DNA from: a virus
Strand: one strand, 5' to 3'
IMG/VR virus record: IMGVR_UViG_3300036795_000108
Location: 23,222 to 87,221 of that record
Length of the DNA: 64,000 nt
The position numbers and the translations under genes are program-made. The notes beneath the pieces are model-generated. The model searched no databases. It saw only the letters and a program-made list of their open reading frames with translations, and had not been told where the DNA came from. Positions 38,812 to 46,089 of the stretch are shown here, in pieces. Positions within the stretch are counted from its first letter, which is position 1; each line of letters begins with the position of its first letter.

Positions 38812-41019
38812 TCAGTAGGTGCTCAGGGCGGGCATTTCCACCTTCGTGGCCGTGACGGGCAGCGTGACCGATGACGCTGGGGTCAGCGACGGCGCCGACA
38901 CACCGCCGGCGCCGGGCACGTTCTCCATGATGTACGTCCCGGTCGCCGAGGACGAAACGATCCCGATGTAGTAGAGCCCCGACGAGAGGGCCTGTGAAGC
39001 GGAGAACGCGACGAACTGGGCGCCGTACGTGCCCGCCTGAGCTGTGCTGGCGCTGGACCCGAGCAGGTTGCCGCCCGCGTCACGGATCGTCACCACGATG
39101 TTCCCGTTGACGGTGCCCTCGTTATAGAAGCACAGCCCGGTGAGCGTGAGCCTTAGCGGGATCTGGAGAGGCGCGAGATACTCCTCGTTCGCCGCCAGGA
39201 TGGTCGACCCGTACGGCCCGAAGCCCACGGGCTTGAACAGGGTGGTCGACGTAGCCGGGACGGGCACGTAGTTGAACGAGTCCCGGAAGACGGCGGCCGC
39301 GGGCTTGGCGGTGACCTGGTCGTTGTGGTAGAGGCCCCAGTTATCGGCCGTGACGGTGGTGTCCGTGCCGCTGTCGTACTCGCAGAAGACGAAGGCGCGC
39401 TCGACGTAGGGGATCTCGCGCATCCGCTGGAAGGCGTGGCTGATGTAGGCGGCCTGCAGCGCCTCGGTGACGGCAGCGGTGCCAGTTCCCGTGGCCTGCC
39501 CCCACTCGTTGAGCCATATCGGCTTGTCGCCGTCCCCGTTGGTGGCCATGAGCGCCTGGATCGCCGAGATGCGAGTCCAGCCGTTCGTCAAGGTCTCCGA
39601 TCCGGCGAGCGGGTCGTTCCCGTTGCCGTAGGAGTGATAGGCCAGCACGTCGAAGTAGCCCTGCGCGCCGGCGGCGTACACCTCCGTCAGCCAGTACGTG
39701 TCGAGGTTGATGCCGCTGGTGTTGCCCTCGGTTCCCCCCGGCGCGATGCCGCCCAGGAGCACGAGCGCGGTCGAGTCCGCAGCCTTGATCACCGGGTAGG
39801 CGGCCTGGAGCAGCGACACGTACGTCGCATAGCCCGTGTTGTCGGAGAACATGACCGAGTTGTTCGGCTCGTTCTCGATCTCCCACCAGTGACAGCCGTA
39901 CTTGCCGCGGTCCTTGTAGCGGCCCACGCAGGCGCTCGCAAAGCTGGCGTAGTCCGCGGGGTCCGTCGGCGGCACGTTCCAAGACTCGCTGCCGTTCGCC
40001 CAGCCGGGGCAGAAGCACAAGAGGAACTGCACGCGAAGGCCCTGGGCGTCGGCCGCGTCGTAGATCGCGTCGGCCTGCGTCCAGGTGAAGGAGCTGCCGT
40101 TGGTTGGCTGCACCTGATCCCACTTCAACGCCACACGGACCGCGTCCGCGCCGAGACTCGCGATCAACGCCATGTCGGTCGCAAGCTCCTCCGTCGTCAT
40201 CGTCCACTGGGAGGAGTCGGTGGCGATCCCGAGCCCCTGCCTATGGATGGGAAGTAGCGACGAGACCGAGGCGGTGCTCAGAGCCGATGCGGCGAGGCCG
40301 CCAAGATCGGTGGCTTCGACGCCCGTGTCGATGATCGCGTCCTTGGTAACCGAGTCGTCGTCGGCGCCACCGAGGCCACCCAGCGCCTGGACGTCAATAT
40401 TCGTCCCGTCGGTGCATGCGATCAGCACCTGAGTCGTCGTCCCGGCCATCGTCGGGATCGCCACGGCCTCTGAGTCCGTGCCGTCCGACACCGTCAACGT
40501 GCGGCCACCCGTGCTGTCCTGCGTCAACGTGAACAGCGCCTGATACCCGGCGGCGATCGGGTCGACGGTGATCGTGAGGTCCGCGTCCAGCGTCCCGTGG
40601 ATCATCTGCTGTTTCGCACCGGAGAACTCAAGCGTGTACGCCGACCCCATGTTCCCCGGCGTGGCCTGGGACCCGGTGAGTATCGAAGCCGGGATCTCAC
40701 CCGGACCCCCAGCGCCCGGCAATGTGATATCCGCTGCTGCGACCGGATCCGCGGGCTGGCGCTGACTCGCGGTCGAGTCATACAGGTCGATGACCTGGCC
40801 GCTCGCGACATAGCCCGGGATACCACCCGGGTTCGCGCCGTTCGCGCCCGTCGTCAGCGGCTGAGACAGGGGTGTCGTCATCGCCGCCGACGTGTAGACC
40901 GAAACCTGCGTCGTCGTCCCGCGCTCATAGACGTACACCGAGTGGTTGTTCAGCGCGTTGCCGTTGGAATCCCAGAGCGTCCCGTTACCGAGACCCTGAA
41001 GCAGAACCGCGGACGCCAC
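38812..41019 (-). CDS. virion spike protein with clan GH-A (GH5/GH39-like) glycoside hydrolase domain
   Basis: WEIENEPNN (acid/base), YHSY, IWLNEWG (nucleophile). N-terminal phage attachment region (LTQDSTGGRTL). Confidence 0.85.
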   Translation of the reverse strand: MASAVLLQGLGNGTLWDSNGNALNNHSVYVYERGTTTQVSVYTSAAMTTPLSQPLTTGANGANPGGIPGYVASGQVIDLYDSTASQRQPADPVAAADITLPGAGGPGEIPASILTGSQATPGNMGSAYTLEFSGAKQQMIHGTLDADLTITVDPIAAGYQALFTLTQDSTGGRTLTVSDGTDSEAVAIPTMAGTTTQVLIACTDGTNIDVQALGGLGGADDDSVTKDAIIDTGVEATDLGGLAASALSTASVSSLLPIHRQGLGIATDSSQWTMTTEELATDMALIASLGADAVRVALKWDQVQPTNGSSFTWTQADAIYDAADAQGLRVQFLLCFCPGWANGSESWNVPPTDPADYASFASACVGRYKDRGKYGCHWWEIENEPNNSVMFSDNTGYATYVSLLQAAYPVIKAADSTALVLLGGIAPGGTEGNTSGINLDTYWLTEVYAAGAQGYFDVLAYHSYGNGNDPLAGSETLTNGWTRISAIQALMATNGDGDKPIWLNEWGQATGTGTAAVTEALQAAYISHAFQRMREIPYVERAFVFCEYDSGTDTTVTADNWGLYHNDQVTAKPAAAVFRDSFNYVPVPATSTTLFKPVGFGPYGSTILAANEEYLAPLQIPLRLTLTGLCFYNEGTVNGNIVVTIRDAGGNLLGSSASTAQAGTYGAQFVAFSASQALSSGLYYIGIVSSSATGTYIMENVPGAGGVSAPSLTPASSVTLPVTATKVEMPALSTY

Positions 41020-41021
41020 GG

Positions 41022-41249
41022 CTAGTTCCTCACCCGGACCGGCGTGTAGCTGGCGAGATCCCCGTCGAAGACCTCGAAGTGCCCCGCCGTCGGCACCAGC
41101 GCCGCGTGACCACGCGCGTTGACCCACTGCACCAGCAGGCCATCGGCAACGTAGTGCGGGCGGTCCAGCAGGTCGCCCTCCACGACACGCTCGCCGAGAT
41201 GCCCGCCGACATACCGGACCGTCGCCGGATCCACGGAACGCACCCTCAT
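41022..41249 (-). CDS. hypothetical protein
   Basis: ATGA-coupled. Confidence 0.5.
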   Translation of the reverse strand: MRVRSVDPATVRYVGGHLGERVVEGDLLDRPHYVADGLLVQWVNARGHAALVPTAGHFEVFDGDLASYTPVRVRN

Positions 41250-41560
41250 GCCGCACCCAGCCTCAGGACGTCCACGCGGACCGAGCCGGCAGCCGCCGCG
41301 GCCCACATATCGCTCTGTACGGGCACCAGCAGCGGTCCGGGGCTCGTGCCGGCCTTCACCTCAAACCCGGTCGAGGAGGAGACGCCTGCGGGCCCCAGGA
41401 AGATCGAGGTCGACGGATCGCGGTTGACGATCAGCACCGTCTCACCCAGCGACGAGTCGGGCGCCAGCAGCGTCGGGTCGACGGTGACGATCACCTGCTC
41501 GCTCGGAGCCGAGACGGGCGTCGGGATCGGTGCGTAGGGAAGCTCGACCCACGGCGGCAC
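41246..41560 (-). CDS. small beta-rich virion protein, paralog of 41562-41837
   Basis: LIVNR..STSIFLGPAGVSSSTGFEVKAGT...WA...GSVRVDVL. Confidence 0.65.
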   Translation of the reverse strand: MPPWVELPYAPIPTPVSAPSEQVIVTVDPTLLAPDSSLGETVLIVNRDPSTSIFLGPAGVSSSTGFEVKAGTSPGPLLVPVQSDMWAAAAAGSVRVDVLRLGAA

Positions 41561-41561
41561 G

Positions 41562-41837
41562 CTACAGAGCCTCCACCTGCAGCACGTCAACCCGGGCCGT
41601 CCCCGAAGCCGAGACCGCCCAGACCTCTGTCTCGGGCGGCAGGGCCACCGCAGAGCCCGACAGGGGCGTTCCGGCGGTGACCTCAAGGCCCGTGGAGGAC
41701 GACACGCCCCGCGGTCCGACGAACACCGACGCGCTCGCCGCCCGGTTGACGATGACCGCGCTCTGCCCGTTAGGGATGGGGGCGATGAGCCTTGCGCCGG
41801 CCGTGGTGACAGCCACCTGGGCGGATGCGACAGCCAC
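41562..41837 (-). CDS. small beta-rich virion protein
   Basis: VIVNR..SASVFVGPRGVSSSTGLEVTAGT...WA...GTARVDVL. Confidence 0.65.
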   Translation of the reverse strand: MAVASAQVAVTTAGARLIAPIPNGQSAVIVNRAASASVFVGPRGVSSSTGLEVTAGTPLSGSAVALPPETEVWAVSASGTARVDVLQVEAL

Positions 41838-41840
41838 AAC

Positions 41841-42077
41841 CTACGCCGTCCCCCGCGGGATGAGCGCCCCGCCCGTACGGAGGTCGCTTTCGGACATCGC
41901 CGCGTAGCAGTAGTCCCACACGTCGCTCCACAGCACCCCGTCGAACAGCCTCGGCTCGCCGTCATCGCCGAGAGCTTGCCGTGGGATCCGATACTCGCCC
42001 GGGTTGGCCTTGACCCGCTCGCCAGCCTCGGTGAGGCGGTTGGCGTACTCGACCGACCCCCTGACCAGAACCGTCAC
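41841..42077 (-). CDS. hypothetical protein
   Basis: Coupled ORF. Confidence 0.5.
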   Translation of the reverse strand: MTVLVRGSVEYANRLTEAGERVKANPGEYRIPRQALGDDGEPRLFDGVLWSDVWDYCYAAMSESDLRTGGALIPRGTA

Positions 42078-42262
42078 GCCGCCGCCTCAGACCGATGCTC
42101 ATACAGCCAGTCGACGCCGTGCTCGACCATCACCCGGACGCACTGATCGTCGCTCATCGTGGTCGGCCGCTTGCCCGTCGCCTTGCGCCAGTCGTCGATC
42201 TCGCGCCGCGCGAGCTGCGCGTCGGTCTCGACCGGGCGCGTCGGGACGCTCGTCTCAGTCAT
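42074..42262 (-). CDS. hypothetical protein
   Basis: Coupled ORF. Confidence 0.5.
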   Translation of the reverse strand: MTETSVPTRPVETDAQLARREIDDWRKATGKRPTTMSDDQCVRVMVEHGVDWLYEHRSEAAA

Positions 42263-44144
42263 CGGCCCACGGCGGTTTGAGATCGGAGTCGGAGAACTGT
42301 TTCGCGGCCCGGTTATAGAGGGTCGTGAGAGGCGCCTTCAACTCCGTGAGGTTGTTCGTGTTCGCACGGCTCGCGGCCGCTGAGATAGCAGCGAGCACGC
42401 ACTTGGGCTCACCATCGACGACCGAACCGATCGGGTACTTGTAATCGCCGAAGTTGTCCGACGAACCCCCCCCCTCGCACCACAAGAATCCCTGGGCGTA
42501 CTTCGCGTTCGGGGTGTCACCATCGCCGTCGCAGCCCGCCCACTTCGCCAGTGCCTTACGCGCCGCCGCGCCATCCCAACTCGTGTCGCGGTCCGCGAAG
42601 CTCCACGACGGGACCGACAGGACACCCTTGCCGTCCATGAACTGCAGGCCCTTCGGCACGTAGGTCGTCTGCTGCACCACCGGCGTCGCCTCGCCATCCA
42701 AGCTCACCTTGTCGCCCGCGACCGTGTACGGCACCGCGACAAACCGGTCCTCCGCCGCCGGCCCGTAGCAGCAGAAGTAGGCGATGTGGTTATCCAGGTC
42801 GATGTCGTCGAGATAGACCCACACCTCATCCACGTAGGACGGGGGCGTGCCGACCGTGCCGAGCATCTCCGCGCCCTGCTCTGAGAGCTGCATCGAGACG
42901 TCCGAGAGCATCGCCTTTAGCCCCGAGGCAGCCTTCCCATCCGAGGGCTTGGCCACCACGCCGGAACCCTCGCAGTCCGGGCACTCCATGTGACCCTCTC
43001 GGATCGTGCCCTTGCCGTCACACGTCGAGCAGACCACCTCACCGTCGCCTGGGTCACGCGGCTTCGCGGACTTCTTCGGGCTGTTCGGCTCCTCGTCGGC
43101 GTCCGAGTCATCGTCGCTGGTTCCGTCATCAGTCCCCTCGTCGGTGATGCCGAGGACATCCTCAAGCGCGGCCTTCGAGTCGGCGTGCGCCTTCGCCGCC
43201 GCGATCATCGACTGTGCCGCGTCCGTCAGGTGATCCTCCATCTGATCGTGCGCGGACAACGCCGACTCGATCTTCGAGCGGTTCGTCTGCGAGATCATCC
43301 GGCCGGCCTTCTCGTCCGAGACCTGCGGCGCGAGGAACTGCGTCAGGACCGCATGCTTGGCGAACGTCACATCGTCCCGATCGGCGCCGTGTTGCTCGGC
43401 CCGCTCGATCCGCAGCCACGCACCCGCCGGCGGAGGCTCCGCGCCGTCATGCGCACGCTTGAACAGGGTCGTCAACTCCTCATAGCGCCCCACCCGCGAC
43501 TCGCCGCTCATCGCCGTCAACTCCGGATCGGTCAGCGGCCACACGCCCAGAAGCTGCGCCATCTGCGAATGCGCCTTCTGGGACATCGCGATCGGCGCCC
43601 CGGTGAATGACTTCATCACCGTCTCGAAGATCGAATCGGGGTTCGCGGGAATCGACACGCACGACACCTCGAACAGCTCGACCTCCTCGATCGTGAACGT
43701 CGGACCGTCCGGGCCCATCTCCACATCACGGGTGAAGTAGCCGCCGATCGAGAACGTCTTCACGAGCCCCAAGCGGATCGCGTTGTACGCCGCCTTCTGA
43801 TAGTCCGCGGCGTCCGGCCCGGGGTTCGGGATCGTGACCGAGACGTAAAGCCCGGTCGCGTCGGTCCTAGCGGACGTGACCGTCCCGATCGGACAGTTCA
43901 TGTCGTGCTGCCACAGGCAGATTGGATTGCTGCTCAAGTAGCCCGGCAGCGACGCGTCGAACGCTCCCTTGGCGACGGATTCTCCATCGCGATCAACGCC
44001 CCACGAGCTGGCATACCCACTCAAAACCAGGTCACCCGAACCCCCACCGTCCAGTTCTACCGACGGCGCCTTGGTAAACGCGACATCCAGAAAGAGCTTC
44101 TCCCGGGTGCGGTTCCGAGCCGGGGCAGACCTCGTGGCGCTCAC
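42255..44144 (-). CDS. HK97-type prohead protease (S78) with long C-terminal extension
   Basis: SGYAS, DRDGE, WQHD..PIG, FSIGG, LFEVSCVSIPANP motifs. DnaJ-like CSTCDGKG..CPDCEGSG. TAGCGT-7nt-GTG start. Confidence 0.92.
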   Translation of the reverse strand: MSATRSAPARNRTREKLFLDVAFTKAPSVELDGGGSGDLVLSGYASSWGVDRDGESVAKGAFDASLPGYLSSNPICLWQHDMNCPIGTVTSARTDATGLYVSVTIPNPGPDAADYQKAAYNAIRLGLVKTFSIGGYFTRDVEMGPDGPTFTIEEVELFEVSCVSIPANPDSIFETVMKSFTGAPIAMSQKAHSQMAQLLGVWPLTDPELTAMSGESRVGRYEELTTLFKRAHDGAEPPPAGAWLRIERAEQHGADRDDVTFAKHAVLTQFLAPQVSDEKAGRMISQTNRSKIESALSAHDQMEDHLTDAAQSMIAAAKAHADSKAALEDVLGITDEGTDDGTSDDDSDADEEPNSPKKSAKPRDPGDGEVVCSTCDGKGTIREGHMECPDCEGSGVVAKPSDGKAASGLKAMLSDVSMQLSEQGAEMLGTVGTPPSYVDEVWVYLDDIDLDNHIAYFCCYGPAAEDRFVAVPYTVAGDKVSLDGEATPVVQQTTYVPKGLQFMDGKGVLSVPSWSFADRDTSWDGAAARKALAKWAGCDGDGDTPNAKYAQGFLWCEGGGSSDNFGDYKYPIGSVVDGEPKCVLAAISAAASRANTNNLTELKAPLTTLYNRAAKQFSDSDLKPPWADD

Positions 44145-44181
44145 CCGCGAAACGCTACATGAGCGTGCAGGCGCCGCTGGA

Positions 44182-44796
44182 TCAGCCGCACAGCAACACG
44201 ATGTGCTTCACCGAGCACAGCGCCGCGAGGATCTGCTCACCAGTCATCATCACCGCCGTGCCGGCCGGTCCGATAGGCCCCTGCGGACCAGTCAGACCAC
44301 GCAGTCCCGGCAGGCCGCGAATCCCCGGCAAGCCACGAGGTCCCGCCGGACCGCGAGGCCCCTTCTCAATGACGGTGGTCGTCGTGTCGTGCGCGATCGT
44401 CGTGGTGACGTGCTCCGCGATGGTCGTGATCCCACCGTTGGCGCTCGTCGTCGCCGGCGCGGTCGAGGTGGCGGTGCTCGTGACCGTCGAGATCGTCGGA
44501 TGCGACCCGGGTTGCGTGACGGTCGTGGTGGTTCCCGCAGGTCCCGGACGCCCCGGAGGGCCAGCAGGGCCGCGGGCGCCGCGCAACCCCGGCTTGTGCT
44601 TGACCACCACCCGCAGCCGGTTGATCTGCCGCTGCTGCCGAGCGATCATCCGCTGCGCCGACTCGACCGCGACGTGACGGGTGGGCTCCAAGGTGCGAGT
44701 GGCGACGACCGACCCGGCGATCGAAGCGGCAAACAGGACCGCCACGTACACCTTCGACGCGGGCGCGAGGAATGCTCGGGCCGCCTTGCGGATCAC
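44182..44796 (-). CDS. membrane-anchored collagen-like protein
   Basis: N-terminal TM, then two Gly-X-Y tracts flanking a Thr-rich stretch. Confidence 0.7.
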   Translation of the reverse strand: MIRKAARAFLAPASKVYVAVLFAASIAGSVVATRTLEPTRHVAVESAQRMIARQQRQINRLRVVVKHKPGLRGARGPAGPPGRPGPAGTTTTVTQPGSHPTISTVTSTATSTAPATTSANGGITTIAEHVTTTIAHDTTTTVIEKGPRGPAGPRGLPGIRGLPGLRGLTGPQGPIGPAGTAVMMTGEQILAALCSVKHIVLLCG

Positions 44797-45131
44797 GGCC
44801 CTGACGGCGGCAGACCCCGTGCCGGTTTCGCAGTCACCTGAGGGATAGCGTCGCAGGACAATCTGCGCTCCTGAGCCCACGCAAGCAGATCCCGAGCATG
44901 AGCCCGCTTGTCCGCGAGCAGCAGGGCCCCCTGGTCAACCCGCTCGCGAATCACGGCACCGACAGCCGCCCCCCGGAAGTAGGTCGCCAAGCCATCCCGT
45001 GTGTTGTTGGTCCGAATGCAGGACCGCTTGTCCGTCCCCCATCCCACGGCGATACAGGCGAGGATCGCTGCGGCAAATAACACCGGGCTCCCGGGACGAC
45101 GTGTGACCAGAGAATCAGGCCAACGCTTCAT
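44793..45131 (-). CDS. membrane protein
   Basis: N-terminal TM and paired Cys. Coupled. Confidence 0.55.
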   Translation of the reverse strand: MKRWPDSLVTRRPGSPVLFAAAILACIAVGWGTDKRSCIRTNNTRDGLATYFRGAAVGAVIRERVDQGALLLADKRAHARDLLAWAQERRLSCDAIPQVTAKPARGLPPSGP

Positions 45132-45133
45132 GA

Positions 45134-45601
45134 CTACGGCTTCAGCGCGGTGCAGTCCGTCAACGTCAGCGACGCCGCCTCCTGCTTCGCGGCCGCCAGT
45201 CGAACGCTATACGGCGGAAGCCCGAGCTTGACCAGCTCCTCGCTGAACGGCCGGCTGCCTTCGGTCGCTTGGATCAGGAGGGTCTTGAGCTTCCCGACGA
45301 GCTTGTCGGACTCCCTGCACACCTGGAAGGTCGTGTTCTGCCGCGCCCGCCTGCCCTGCAGGACAAGCGCTTGGGTGGACTGTGCGATCCCGTGAGCCTC
45401 GGAGGCGAGACGGTGATTGGCGTGGTTGAGCACGGTGACGCGCCACAGACCCAACCCGGCGACGACGATGACGCAGGCGTACAGGATGTAGTTCGACAAC
45501 CGAATGGCGCGCTGCTCAACTCGGAGTTGGACGACCTCCGTGCTCAGATCCGCGTGCGATGCGAAATCGTCGGGCTCCTGCGGTGCGAGATCGTCAGTCA
45601 T
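45134..45601 (-). CDS. single-TM coiled-coil membrane protein
   Basis: YILYACVIVVAGLGLW TM, then helical domain with two Cys. Confidence 0.6.
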   Translation of the reverse strand: MTDDLAPQEPDDFASHADLSTEVVQLRVEQRAIRLSNYILYACVIVVAGLGLWRVTVLNHANHRLASEAHGIAQSTQALVLQGRRARQNTTFQVCRESDKLVGKLKTLLIQATEGSRPFSEELVKLGLPPYSVRLAAAKQEAASLTLTDCTALKP

Positions 45602-45755
45602 AGATGATGGGTGGTCGCGAGTTGCAGCAGGGCAGCCATCGGCACGCACCGAACCACGATCTTGCCGACCAAGCACTCCCACCGCGACAGCGTCAGCCTG
45701 AGATGGCGGTACAGCCAATCGTTGAAATCGGAGTCCGGACAGTTGACGGTGGGCG

Positions 45756-45995
45756 TCATGATCCCTCCTCTGGTTGCTTCTCCGGCAGGCGGCTCGCCGG
45801 TCCCTGACCGGTGAACTTACCGAGAACGTCCTCCGCGGCGCGCGCCACCGGCAGGCCCATCAAACCGATCGCGGCCGCGTACAGCCAAGGCCGATCGCTC
45901 TTATCCGCAAGCGTCTCATAGGCCATGATGGCGACCCCCAGAAGGAACGACACGACTCGCGTGACCATCCCCCAAATCACGTCGAAACGGGTCAT
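45756..45995 (-). CDS. small two-TM holin-like protein
   Basis: Two hydrophobic helices and a charged C-terminus. Confidence 0.55.
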   Translation of the reverse strand: MTRFDVIWGMVTRVVSFLLGVAIMAYETLADKSDRPWLYAAAIGLMGLPVARAAEDVLGKFTGQGPASRLPEKQPEEGS

Positions 45996-46089
45996 TCATG
46001 CGATCCCTCAAACGGGGTGCTCATCACCTTCTCGACCGATGGCGCTGCACACCCCAGACGCTACACCGCAGCGCAGGCGACCCCAGCGG

